Shown: positions 9,404 through 20,799 of the stretch, one piece after another | Numbering within the stretch: position 1 is the stretch's first letter | Layout: every line of letters begins with the position of its first letter | NCBI GenBank assembly: GCA_963751345.1 | Contig: CAVVUS010000030.1 | Location: 64,001 to 128,000, forward strand | Reading direction: 5' to 3' | DNA length: 64,000 bases | DNA from: an uncultured Chloroflexia bacterium | Lineage (GTDB): Bacteria > Chloroflexota > Anaerolineae > B4-G1 > SLSP01 | Notes under the pieces: model-generated | The model's input: the letters and a program-made list of their open reading frames with translations, nothing else | Databases searched by the model: none | What the model was told of the DNA's origin: nothing | Translations under genes and position numbers: made by a program

Positions 9404-11083
9404 TCAGCTCGATCCACCGCCGCCCCCACCATCGGAACCGCCACCACCGCCAGAAGTCCCCCCTCCCCCCCCGGAGATCGAGGTAGAGCCGCTCATACTC
9501 ATCACCGCCTTCACCAGGTCTTCACCCCACACCTGGGTAGAGTCGATGTCCAACAACTCATCCAGTTGGAGATGATCGTCGCTGGTCAGCGAGGTCTCCC
9601 GGAAGAAGCTGCCGGCTGGGAAGATGGGTGCTTGCCAGAAGAGCAGCGGGTTGGTGGCCCCCGAGCCTTGCATCGGGATGGCAAACCAGCGGGCGATGAA
9701 CGCGCTTAAGCTGAGTGGGCCAGGCGACTGCAGATGGAAGTTCCATAGCTCCGTGCGGTACGCCGCCACTTCGGCGCCATCCTCGTCCATAAAGGCCACG
9801 GCGTGCTCGATATCGGTGTAGAGGCTGCGGCGCATCGCATTGGCCGAGCCAATCAGCGCCCATTGATCGTCGATGATGGTGCTCTTGGTGTGGATCAACC
9901 GCCCATTGCCGAAGACCTCAGCGGATCGGTCCAGAAACAACCCGACGCGAGCCGCCTGGGAGGCACTTAACCCGTTCAGCAGGACGGTGTTGACGCCCAC
10001 ATGGAAGGCCTTGGTCAGGGCCTGCGGGGAAGGGGCAGTCGGGTCGTCGGCGCCCGCCACCAGGATCACCTTCAACTCATTATTGGCCTTGATCGCCTGG
10101 TTGATCCAGCCAAAGATCTCCAGCGACGAGAAAGCCTGGTCCTCAATGTAGATATAGGTGCGAGCCGCCAGAATCGCGTGCTTCCACACCGCTTTGATCT
10201 CCTGGGCGCCGGAAGGCGCAAAGGAAAGGGGAGCGTTGCTGGGAATCGACATGCCGAGGCTGCTGCCGGAGTAGAATCGCATCTGGGGAAGAGTGCGCGC
10301 GCTCTGGACGTGCATGTGCCCACCACTGCTGGTCAGGGTGCGGGCAGGCAGGTCGGGCATCGACGTAGTGTGGCTATCGAGGGTGATCCGGGCACGGGTC
10401 GTGCGCGAGACTGCCGAGAGGCCCGGTGAGACCGGACGGCTGCGAACCTCGTTCCACATCGCGCGGAACAGGTCGAACAGCCCCTGAACGGCGGGGCCTG
10501 TCACCTGTGCCTGGACGTCATGCCAGAGGCGCTGCATGTGGCGGACCTTCTCCAGATCGATGCCCCCCGTGTACCCCTCGGCCCACGTCGTGCCGCCTAC
10601 GATGGACATCTTGGTGTGCACCGCACCGGCCGGATGGGCCAGGATGTTCAGCACAGCTTTGTTGCGCAGCGTCGCTTCGGCACGCAGCAAGTTGATGAAC
10701 GTCATCGTGTCGCCGTTGATATCCAGACCGAACAGGCCGGCGCCGGCGCTCTGCACACGTGGATTATTGAGCACCTCGGGCGCCATCACCCAGCCCAGGA
10801 CGCGCACATCCACCCCGGCGGCAGACTTGGCCTTGAGTAAATCGGCCAACAGGTTACTGCTGGTCGGGCCATCCAGCGAGAAGTCCGGCCCCAACCACCA
10901 CCCGGCGATATAGACGAAGGTCAGGTCAGATCGATTGAGAGCTGCCTTCAGGCGGTCGAAGTAGACCTTGTCGCCGGTCGAATTGTAGATGAGGTGATTG
11001 ACCCGGCTGTTGGTGAACGAAGCCACCGCCGGGGAGGTACCGGAGTACATATATCGAGCTTTCAGTTCGCTAAAAGTTGGCAT
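9404..11083 (-). CDS. Phospholipase D family protein (two HKD-type motifs)
   Basis: HTKMSIVG and HTKSTIIDD...IGSAN, plus YIAGW, GGIDL, WHDV...GPAV and YIYIEDQ, as in eukaryote-like/Tle5-type PLDs. No signal peptide; Gly/Ser tail. Confidence 0.9.
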   Translation of the reverse strand: MPTFSELKARYMYSGTSPAVASFTNSRVNHLIYNSTGDKVYFDRLKAALNRSDLTFVYIAGWWLGPDFSLDGPTSSNLLADLLKAKSAAGVDVRVLGWVMAPEVLNNPRVQSAGAGLFGLDINGDTMTFINLLRAEATLRNKAVLNILAHPAGAVHTKMSIVGGTTWAEGYTGGIDLEKVRHMQRLWHDVQAQVTGPAVQGLFDLFRAMWNEVRSRPVSPGLSAVSRTTRARITLDSHTTSMPDLPARTLTSSGGHMHVQSARTLPQMRFYSGSSLGMSIPSNAPLSFAPSGAQEIKAVWKHAILAARTYIYIEDQAFSSLEIFGWINQAIKANNELKVILVAGADDPTAPSPQALTKAFHVGVNTVLLNGLSASQAARVGLFLDRSAEVFGNGRLIHTKSTIIDDQWALIGSANAMRRSLYTDIEHAVAFMDEDGAEVAAYRTELWNFHLQSPGPLSLSAFIARWFAIPMQGSGATNPLLFWQAPIFPAGSFFRETSLTSDDHLQLDELLDIDSTQVWGEDLVKAVMSMSGSTSISGGGGGTSGGGGGSDGGGGGGSS

Positions 11084-11094
11084 ATGTCACCTTG

Positions 11095-13607
11095 TCAGAA
11101 CTGCGGCATGCGGAGAAGAAGATGGTCGCGAGTGTCTTCGGTAAACTCGGTGCTGTTCTCGCTTCCATCATCCATCATCACAGTAAGCTTCCATTGTGTA
11201 AGTGCGGGCCAGGGCATCCGGCAGGCGGATCTTCCACTCCTGGCGCTGGGTGGCCACATCGTCGCGGATCAGGATCGAGGTGCTCTGTTCGAAAAGCGGG
11301 TCGCCCTGTGGATCCTTGTACTCCAGGTCGACGACGAGGGCGCTGACGCCCATATCTGAGAGATCGGGGCCGATATACTCGACCACTACGTCTTTGACGC
11401 GCTCGGCTGGGATGCCGACCCGAACGTTAGCGGAGGGCGACTCTTTCCACGGGAACTCCTCCAGCCCGCCATCCTTGAACAAACGACGCTCGCGGAAGCT
11501 CAACACCGGGCGCGGCGTCGGCTGCGGCAGGCGAATCGAGAACCGCTCCGGTTTGAGCGCTTGCGTCAACTCCAGGCTGCGGCTATCGAGCAAGTTACTG
11601 TTCTGTTCTGTCTTCAGATCCACCAGCGCGCTCTGCAACTCACCCAGCGGGTCCTGGAGGATCACGTCGCCATCAAGACGGTTGGCCGGCGGCGCGCTGA
11701 CCACCACCACACTGCCGTCCAGGTTGGCGTCGGGGTCGGGCAGTGTCTGGGCGGGCAAGTCCTGCTGGGTGCCATCCGCGAAGAACAGGCTGGTCTCTAC
11801 GGTATAGGTGTCGGCAGGGTCTGCCAGGCGGATCGCGACGGTTTGGGCCGGGTCGCCGGGCTTGAGGTGCAAGGTCGCCGCATCGTCGACGCCATTGGCA
11901 GGGCTGACGTAATGCAAGCGCACGTCAGCCTGGCTCACGTCAGTCGGCAGGTTGGGCGCCGGCTGGACCGTCACGGAGCGGACACGCCCCAGCACGGACG
12001 GATGGACGCGCAGGCTGCGGTCCTCGGTGGTCACCCAATCGGTCTCCAAACGTGGCGCTTTGAGGCCGATGCCGAAGTCGGTGCGGTAGTCGGCAATCAG
12101 TTTGTACTCGTACGACTGGGTCAGGGCCTTGTCGACAAAGAAGGTGAAGTCAGCCTTATCGTCAGCGGAGCGCAGGATGGATTCGACGCTGTCCTTTGGC
12201 TTGGTGCCATCCGGGCGGGTGCCGTAACGCAGTTGGACGGTCATCTGGGTCAGGCCTTCTGCAGTGAAATCCACACCCGCAGCACTCACATCGATGTTGA
12301 TGCGCTGGAAGAAGGGGTGGTTCAGGTCAATCGCCTGGATATGGCGCCGCAGCTCTGCCGGACTGGCGAGGAATTGGATGAAGCTCTGCGGGGCAAAAGT
12401 CTGTTTCTGGGCGGTGACCTGGGTCAGGGAGTACGTGATCGTGCGCTGCTCTTCCTGGCGCAGTGATTTGAGGGCGTAAGCCGCCTGCGGACGGCCCAGG
12501 CGGTTCCACAGGTCCGTAGCGGTGTTGCCTCCGCCGGATGCCGGCTGACCGCCGGTGGGTTGGGTGCCGCTGGGCTGCGCCGTGCCCGAGCCGACCCGAC
12601 GCCGCCGTCTGCGCCCCTGCTTGGTTGCGATATACCTCGCTCAGCCCTGTGGCCACCGCGGGCGCGATACCTTGTCGCAGCGCGGCAAGGGCGGGCGGCT
12701 GTCCGGCTGAGGCCGCTGCATCGGAGGCGGAGAGCGTCGTTGGCTGCGTCTTCGGCTGCCCGGGGGTCAGCGCCGGATTGAACAGCGCCCCGGTTGCCAG
12801 GTCCTTCACCACCTGGTCGATGTGGTTCTGGCGCTCACGCACCGCCTCGGGGGTGGAAAGCTCCAGGGTTCGAGCTGTCTCGCGGATCTTGATCGACTGG
12901 TTACGCTTGAGCTGCTCCAGGATGTTATCCACCTCGGTCTTGAAGAACAAGGTATTCAGGCTGAAGCGGTTCTGCATATAGGTGTAGGCCGACTTGAAGT
13001 CGATGGTGATCTCCAAATCGTAAGCAGGCAGCAGGCCCACGTACTCAAGCTCGTAGATCACGCCCACCGGGCGAGCCGTGACCGAGCCGCTCAAAGCCCC
13101 CAGGAAGAAGGCTGCTCCCTCCTCGCTGAGTGAGAAGGAGAAGATAGCGCGATTGGCGGCGTCCAGGGAAGGCGTGCCCGCGCCGAGGATGTTCTGGATG
13201 AAGCGCGGCCCGCTCGCGACCACCGGCTGACCATCGGGCGTAGTCTCTGAAGCCACGCCCCCTTTGAGGGCATCGCTGTCCTCACCCAGGGCAATCACGC
13301 GCACGGTGCCCTTGGTCAGCGGCACTGAGGCCAGGGTAACGTTGTCGCCAAAACGCTCTTTTAGCTGACTTTCAATGCGATCCTTAAGGGTCCCAATGCC
13401 CGTCTCCACCGCCATGTTGAGGAAACCGCCGGAGAGGGTCGTCCCGGACGCGCCACCACGATTGTAGGTGAAAAGGTCGAAGAGCGGATCACCACCTTCA
13501 CGAGCGATGTGTGGCTGACCGGGGAGATAGTAGAACTGATCCGAGGCATCGGTGTCTTGAAAGACCGTGATGCCGAGAATTTCCATTCGAGATTCCAGAT
13601 TGAGCAT
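11095..13607 (-). CDS. Uncharacterised paralog D (~835 aa; frameshifts near 12530-12600 and 11195)
   Basis: ORFs 12327-13607 and 11168-12289, with a corrected C-terminus QWKLTVMMDDGSENSTEFTEDTRDHLLLRMPQF* ending at 11095. Motifs VFQDTDASDQFYYLP, GGFLNM, GTPSLDAANRAIF. Confidence 0.8.
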
Positions 13608-13640
13608 GCTCCCTCCTTCGGGAAACGAGCCCTCAATGAC

Positions 13641-15934
13641 CTACAGATTCACCACCTGCAGCACGAGCAGGGTGGTACTGGACTCTTTCCACTGCGATTC
13701 CTGCATCGTGCCGTCCTTATGGAAACTGATCGTCTGGTAACGATAGTGAAGCGGGACGGACGGCGGCAAGGTCAAGTCGACGGTGTCGCTCGTCGCCGTA
13801 CCATCAAAGAGAAGGTTGACCGCCTCGTCGGGATTCCCCGGCGGCAGGCCAGGGGCGACGGGTAGGAAACGCACCTGCACGCCGTCCAATCCTGCTGCTT
13901 CCAGGGCCGGGCCGAGAAGTTGCACCTTGACCCGTCCGACTTTGTGGGCCTCGGCACCGACGGTGATAGACGGTCCATCCTCGCTCTCCCAGTCGCCCTC
14001 GCTGACCATGCCCGGCTCCTGAACGGTGACCCGGTAACGCACGGTCTGCTTGTTGCGATCCAAGATGGGCCAGGTCAAACGGACCGCTGCAAAGGGAGGA
14101 TCGATGTGGACCATCCGGCGGCGGTGGTAATCGGCCTCCCGGTCATCGTACTCAATTTCGACGGTCAGGCCCTCGACCGTCGCGCCCGAAGGGATGACCG
14201 GCTTGATGGTCAGCTCGCGTTCGCCGGCAAATGGGGTATCCACTTCCAGCAGCCGCTCGCTTGAGCTGAGTGGCGGGGCGGTCCAGGTACCATCGTCGAA
14301 GGTAAATGTGTAGGTCGCGGTATAGGGATTGAGATCGGTAGTACGGGTGCGCACCAGCCAACGCGGCGGGGTGGCGGGCGGCTGGGAGGGCGTCAACCGG
14401 AAATGCTCCTTGGCACTGAACTTTGCCGTCCGGTGAGCTGTATGCCAGATCGACGTCCACCTGGCGAACGTCGGCGTGGATGCGCCCCAACTCGACCTCC
14501 ACCTCCAGCACGCCAAAGTCTGCTGACGGGTTGATCGCCAGCGACCGCCCTGTGCGCTGGAGAGGCGGAAGCTCGTAACGGAAGCTGTCGCTGTCGGCTT
14601 GATCACGGGTGAAATCATAGGCCAGGGCAAGGGTGTAAGCGAGGCTCTGACGCCCATTACGCTGAAATGCGACCACCTTATCACCGGTCGAGTCGGGACG
14701 GAAGAGCACCGACTGTGTCTCGGCTGCCCCATCGCCACCGTACACCAGGGTCGCTTCGATCTGCCGGATGCCCAGGGCCGTGAACTCCTCCTTGGGTGGT
14801 CCGCTGACCAGAACCTCCAGCAGCTCGAAGAACGGGCTGCCGAGCGAGACGTGATGGATATGTTCCTGCAGCTGGCTAGGGGAGAGCATAGCCGGCATAA
14901 ACCCCTGCGGCGCGTGCGTGCGCTCCTCCGGAGAGCGCTCACTGTAGTCGTAGGTAGCCTCCTTAAGCTCCTCCTGGCGCTTGAACTGCAGCGTAAGGTT
15001 GACGGGCGCCGTGCTGCCAACCGTACCTCTCGCCAGACCACTCAGGGCTGAGGCCAGGTTGGTGGCCTGGTTAGGCTGGGTAGGCGGCGTGGGACGGAAC
15101 AGGTTCTGGATGATATCCTCTTTGAACAGCGACATGGCGCGGTCCTCGGCCTTCTGAGCATCCTCGCCCACCGCCTGGCTGATCAGCTCGACCTCGACCG
15201 CGTGCTGCTCGCGCAAGTAATCCAGGCCGGCCTCGACCTCTGCCTTGACCCATTTGAACTGCAAGCCCAGGCTGCCGCCGAAATGGGTATAGATCCGTGA
15301 GAGGTCAGCGTGGACGCGGGCCTCGACAGAAGGACGCAGGCCGTAGTAGTTCAACTCGTAGACCACGCCCACCGGTGCGGCGCCATCGGCGTACAGGCCC
15401 TGCAGGAAAGCTGCCCCGTTCTGACTCAGGCTGAGCGAGAAAATCGAGCGCAGGTCGCCCAACAATGAGGGCGTGCCGCTGCCCAGGATGGCCTCCACGA
15501 AGGTCGGGCGATTGTTCAGCGGTGCATCCGACGCCGCACTCGCCGGATCGCCGGCAGGAGACTTGAACTGGTCGAGGGCCAGAACGCTGACCGTGCCCTT
15601 GTGATAAGGGAATGGGGAAGAGCTGGATCTGGTCTGACGAGAGGCCGGTGGCTCCCTGCAACCCATCCAGAACGGCGCTGCGCTGAGCGGGGCTTAGCGG
15701 ACACTCGGTCGCCATCGTCAAGAATCCGGCACCCAACTCGTCGGGGATGGTGGTGCCCGACAACACCGAATGCTTCAGGTCCACGGTGTAGGTCATCAGG
15801 TCGAAGATCGGTCGCCCGGCCTGGCGGGCGATGACAGGGTTAGGCGCGGCATAGAAGAACTGGGTCGGAACGGCGTGATCACGGAAGACCGCGATGCCGG
15901 AAAACGAATAGAAAGGAGGTTCGAGCGTTAACAT
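13641..15934 (-). CDS. Uncharacterised paralog C (~765 aa; frameshifts near 15615 and 14425)
   Basis: ORFs 15305-15934, 14152-15666 and 13641-15041 form one protein. Motifs VFRDHAVPTQFFY, GAGFLTM, GTPSLLGDLRSIF...NGAAFL. Confidence 0.8.
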
Positions 15935-15936
15935 CG

Positions 15937-18301
15937 TTATGTGCTCACTGTCTTCGTGTTCAGGTGCACGATGAGCAGATCCGCCTGAGTCTGGATAGCG
16001 GGCAGATCGGTGACAAAGCCGTTGTTGTCGACAAACGTGGCCGTGACCTGCACGGAACGGGCAGGTGGGTCGCCCAGCAGATACTCCCAGGTGAGCGGTT
16101 GGGCTTCCTGTCCGGGAGGAATCGAAAGCTGGGTGTCCTGACGCGGCGGCCCGCCGTCCGGATCCAAGACCTGTAGATGCAGCGTCGCCGCGTTGAGCTT
16201 ATTCTGCGCCAGGCTGCCACCCAACGTGCGCACGGTGACGCGGCGGCTGTCGACCAGCCGGCGGTCCAGCACCAGGCGGTCATCGTCGGTTTCGCGCCAC
16301 GAGCCCTCCATCAGCGACCCGTTGGTGAACAACAAAGTGAGACGGTAGGCCAGGGTGCGCGGTCCATGAGCGTCGATCGGATAATCGCGGCGCAAAAACG
16401 GCGTACTGCTATCCAAGTCGATCTGTTCTTCATAATGGATCCCGTGGGCTTCGTCGTCGTAGCGAAGCTGGACAAAGGCCACCGACAGATCGCTCCACGG
16501 CAGGCTGGTGAATAGGTTGAGCGTTCGTTTGACCGGCATCGGATCGGGCACCGACAACCATTTGTCCAGGTGCGGCTGCCAGGGGATGGTAATCGCACCA
16601 CCTGCCTGGGGCAGGCGGTGGTAGGTCAGACGGTATTCGCAAGGCTGCGGGCCCGAGCCAAAAGCGGCATAGCGCCAGCTGCCCTGCGACTGCTCCACCT
16701 TCAACTCCACCCGCCCGGTCTGCGGCCCGCTGCCCGCCTCTGTGTAACGCAGCTCAACCGTCACCGCAGGAAACTGTTCGAACGAAAACGTCGGCGCCAC
16801 GGCGACCGTCAACTCTTGCACCCAGTAGACGTCGCGCGGCTCAACGTACAGATCCGCTGCGTTGCTGTCATTCCAGTCGGACTGCAGGGCCGGATGCGGG
16901 CCAAACGGCCCTGCGGGATCGAACAAGATGGTCGGGCGAAAACGGTAGGGCCGGCGCAAATCGGCGGGCGCTTCGCCGAGCAGGTTGACCACGTAAGGAA
17001 GCCGCTGGGCAGCAGAACGGAAAACCAGCGTCTTCTGATCGTGGCCCGCGTTGCTGCTGTCCAGGCGCTCCAGCTCCACCTGGACTTGTGAGAGCCCGTC
17101 CGTCGCAAAACGATCCTCCACGCCCACCTGCACCTCCAGGCGGGGAAAGCCCTCCAGGTTCACCTGCGTCAGCAGGCGAGCGCGCCGGGCGGGCCAGTCA
17201 GGGCGAACCTGACCATGCTCGTCCACCCGATAGTGATTCAACATACCGCCCAACGTGCCCTGCGGGATGACCTGGTGAGTCTCAGCCACGGCTTCTTCCA
17301 TGCGGGCAGAGAGCAGGCGCAGCTCGGTCTCCTGCAGATCGCGCAGCCGGTATCCAACGCCCGGCAGCACGCTGCGCACCAGGCTCCACACCGTATCATC
17401 GATCACCTGTCCAATGGAGTTGGCAGTCGCCGCAGCAGGGTCCGCCTGCGGGGCGAAAAAGTGCTCCAGGGTCCACTCGACCAGTTGGTTGCGGGCACGC
17501 TCGGCGGCTGCCTGAGCGCCGGCACCGGTACCGAATACGTCGGTCTGCACTCGGATGCTCTGCTCCTGGAGGGTTTCCTGGACCAGGCGCTCGGCGTCGG
17601 CGGCCACGATCCACAGGTTGGCCTTGGCCTTATCCTGCAGCGAATGGTAGACCTTGCTCCAATCAGCCTGGACATTGATCTCATAGGAGGGCCGGAGTGC
17701 GGCGAACGTCAGACGATAGATAGCGATCAGGGGCAGATCGGGAGCCTCAAGGGCGCGCTCGACGAGCTCGGCAGCGGTTTCATCCAGCAACAACTGGAAG
17801 ACTGCGCGATTGTCACCACCCAGGGAAGGCCGCCCCGCCCCCAGGAAATGGATCTGGAAAGGGCCACTGCCCGCCCCCGCATCAGGGAGCTGAGGTTGGC
17901 TGGGCCCGGTCGATACACCGCCCTCCGATGTGCCTCCGGATGGAGCGCCGGACGTGCTCCCCAGGGCAATAAGCTCGACCGTGCCACTATCATAGAGGAC
18001 CGGGGCCAAATGCAGCGGGCCGGTGTTGCCTCCCAGGCGGCTGGCGAGCCTGCCCGCCAGATCAGCCAGAGTCGCTGTGGGCACGTCGAGCTCGGTGGTC
18101 AAGGTCAGCAGGCCGCCCGAGATCCTTTGGGCACCGGCGCCTCCCCCCAGGTACTGCACCAACGAAAACGACGGGCGCCCATCCTGCTCTTGCGCCAGGG
18201 AAGGCGCGGGCGGGAGAACGTAGTATTGGCGCGGATCGGCATGGTCGGGGCAGAAGAGTGTAGCCCTGGATCACGTGATAGGGCGGCGTTAGGGAGATCA
18301 T
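15937..18301 (-). CDS. Uncharacterised paralog B (~788 aa; +1 frameshift in the G run at 18247-18250)
   Basis: N-terminus MISLTPPYHVIQGYTLLP/DHADPRQYYVLPPAP joins ORF 15937-18162. Motif GRPSLGGDNRAVF. ATG lies 1 nt after the stop of the previous gene. Confidence 0.8.
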
Positions 18302-18302
18302 C

Positions 18303-20582
18303 TTAGTCCGGCTGTGTTGGCAGGAACAGGAAGTCGTTGATGGCGCTGATGTGTCCGGCCTGCGCTCGCGTCGAGGCGCCACCGCCGTCCGAGGCGCCCA
18401 GGCTGCGGTGCGTGCCGTCACTCATGATGTACTCGACGTTGTAGGAGTAGTCGTTCACATTGGCGTCTTGGCGGGCGATCGTCCAGGTCTGCGGGGTGGC
18501 ATCTTTGAAGACCAGGGCTTCACTGTCCACGAAATTGTGGGCTGCATCGCGGTACTCCAGACGCACGATCACGCGCTTGACCTTGGTGAAGTCGATGTCG
18601 GAGGGATCTACCGACATCGTCACTACCCCGCCGGGCGCATTGCCCACGACAAGTGCCTGGGCATCGGTGTCGCGCTCTTTCCAGTCATCCTGTTGGACAA
18701 CGGCGTTCTTCATCAAGAGCGTCTGTGCGTAACGGTAGTTGCGTCGCTTTGGGTTGCGAAGCGGGAAACGCCAGGCAAGGGGATTCTTGGCGGCTTCCGA
18801 GAAGCTCTTGGAGGTTGCCATACGGTAATCGCTATCCGGATCGTTATATTCCAGGTCGACCACCAGTTGAGCCACCTCTTGCCAATCAACAGCAGGGATG
18901 ATCGTCAGACCGAACGTCTCGTCAAAGGGCGAGTTGACGGTGACGAACTGCTTCTGCCCGTTGCTCGAGTCCTGCTGAATCCACTCACCGGTGGAACGGT
19001 GCAGGTCGCCGGCCTCATCGGTGAAGACGTACGTGGCACGATACTGGTAGGGTTGGTCCCACGGGGCGTAGATCACGCGACGATAATCCTTGGTCGGGTG
19101 ATCCTTATCAAGCAGCAGCGTCTCCGTGACATCGGGGACCTTGCGCTTGGGATCGGCGTAGCGCACCTCTACCTCGACGCTCTGCAGCTTATCCTCGAAA
19201 CTGGCAGCGGCGGCGGCGAAGTTGAGTTCGATCACGCCGGGATTGGGCACGTCGAGGGTCAGGTTGCGGACCATCGTATCGAAGCTCTGCAAGGTGGTCT
19301 GCAGCACCGGACCGGATTTGTAGTTGACCTCCAGGTCCACGTGATAGAAATCCTTGCCCACCTCCGCGAGGCGGGTCTTGAACTCCTTTGGATTCCGGTC
19401 GTCGGCGGTGAACATGACACTCTCACGCTTCGTCAGGCGGGTACCGTCGGGCCTGGTCTGGTCATAGCTCAGATGACCGACTACGCTGTGGATGATGTCG
19501 CCGTACTGCTCGAAATCCAGGTTGGTATCAACGGTGACCTCCAGTGTGTTGAAGTACCAGGGAGCGTTGCCCAGATCGATGTCCATCACCACCTGGTCCA
19601 GCGCCGCGCCGACGAAGTCAGGGTTCACCTGAGAGCTGGGATTGTACGGGCGGGGAACGACATCGCGGTACGAGACATTCAGGTCAAAGCGTTTCTGAAT
19701 GTCCTGTGAGAGGAATGACATCCACTGGCTCTCGCGGTCGGCAGCGGTCTCGATCGTGCCACCCTTGAGGAAATTGTTCTTGATGAAATCGTCCATTGCT
19801 CGGAAGGCAAAAGACTGGAGCGATTCCATATCGTCGGCGGTGAGCGATACGCTGCCCTTGAGGATGGTGAGTTGGATCAAGCCCTGAGATTCCATCGTTT
19901 CGGCTATGGAGGTGCGGTGCGCCACCTCGTGGCTTTCCTCGTTGCCCCAGGTATCATCGGAAGTGACCTTCTCACGGGTGTAGCCTATGACCGCGGTCTT
20001 GACTTCCTTTGAGTCGACGTGCCCAAGGATAGTGATCGCCGGCAGCCGTACGGGAAAGGTCAGAGAGTACTGAATGGCCCCAACACTGCCGCCGCCCCTG
20101 AGGGCCTCGCGGAAGAGCGTAGCGCCATCCTCGGGCAGCTCGACGGCGACCGAAGCGGTGTTGTCACCAAAGAGCGAGGGCTTGCCCAACGTGACCTCTT
20201 TGACGAAGCGCTGATCCTTGAACGTGATCAGCGATATCTCGCCATCGGTGAAATCCACCGGCGCCAGCGACACCTGTAGGGGCACAACCTCGGTGGGGTG
20301 CTCGGTGCGGTAGCGCGACTGCAACACGGTGCGGATCTGCTCTACCAACTGCGGGTCCTCTTTGAGCACCGTGGTGAAGGTCAGATAGCCGCCACCTTTT
20401 TCATTCGACGGGCCGGGACGGTCGACTGCGAACTGGTAATACAAGAAGGTGAACTGCGGTTTGCCGGAGGGATCCACCGCGATACGCGGTTGCCGCGGTA
20501 GGTAGTAAAAGCGGGTCGCGTCCTCATCGTCACTAAATATCGACAATCCCTGGATCGTGTCGAAGATCGGAATAGTGATCAT
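18303..20582 (-). CDS. Uncharacterised paralog A (759 aa), first gene of the operon
   Basis: Intact ORF with a GGAGG RBS. Motifs IFSDDEDATRFYYLPRQPRI, GGGYLTF, GKPSLFGDNTAS...DGATLF. Confidence 0.85.
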   Translation of the reverse strand: MITIPIFDTIQGLSIFSDDEDATRFYYLPRQPRIAVDPSGKPQFTFLYYQFAVDRPGPSNEKGGGYLTFTTVLKEDPQLVEQIRTVLQSRYRTEHPTEVVPLQVSLAPVDFTDGEISLITFKDQRFVKEVTLGKPSLFGDNTASVAVELPEDGATLFREALRGGGSVGAIQYSLTFPVRLPAITILGHVDSKEVKTAVIGYTREKVTSDDTWGNEESHEVAHRTSIAETMESQGLIQLTILKGSVSLTADDMESLQSFAFRAMDDFIKNNFLKGGTIETAADRESQWMSFLSQDIQKRFDLNVSYRDVVPRPYNPSSQVNPDFVGAALDQVVMDIDLGNAPWYFNTLEVTVDTNLDFEQYGDIIHSVVGHLSYDQTRPDGTRLTKRESVMFTADDRNPKEFKTRLAEVGKDFYHVDLEVNYKSGPVLQTTLQSFDTMVRNLTLDVPNPGVIELNFAAAAASFEDKLQSVEVEVRYADPKRKVPDVTETLLLDKDHPTKDYRRVIYAPWDQPYQYRATYVFTDEAGDLHRSTGEWIQQDSSNGQKQFVTVNSPFDETFGLTIIPAVDWQEVAQLVVDLEYNDPDSDYRMATSKSFSEAAKNPLAWRFPLRNPKRRNYRYAQTLLMKNAVVQQDDWKERDTDAQALVVGNAPGGVVTMSVDPSDIDFTKVKRVIVRLEYRDAAHNFVDSEALVFKDATPQTWTIARQDANVNDYSYNVEYIMSDGTHRSLGASDGGGASTRAQAGHISAINDFLFLPTQPD

Positions 20583-20799
20583 AAAAATCCTCCCGAAGCA
20601 ATTTCACTCAGCCAAGACCCGGCATGCTTTGAAGCCACAGTGAACCACTTCGCGCAACCGATACCCGAACAGCACAACAGCAAGTGTCTAATTCCAGCGG
20701 AGGTAGTTGAGGAAACGTATCGTCGGAGATTGATACCAGCCCTCGACGACGAAGAATACTTCACGATGTTGAGGGCTGCTGCCCACTCAGCTACCCCTA

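Noticed and set aside
3984-20582. Paralog cluster as eCIS, T6SS, tailocin or prophage
   Set aside because: No recognisable sheath, tube, baseplate, VgrG, PAAR, AAA ATPase, terminase, capsid or integrase motifs.
20579-20764. 61-aa ORF as a leader peptide of the operon
   Set aside because: GTG start without an RBS and no recognisable features; treated as untranslated leader.
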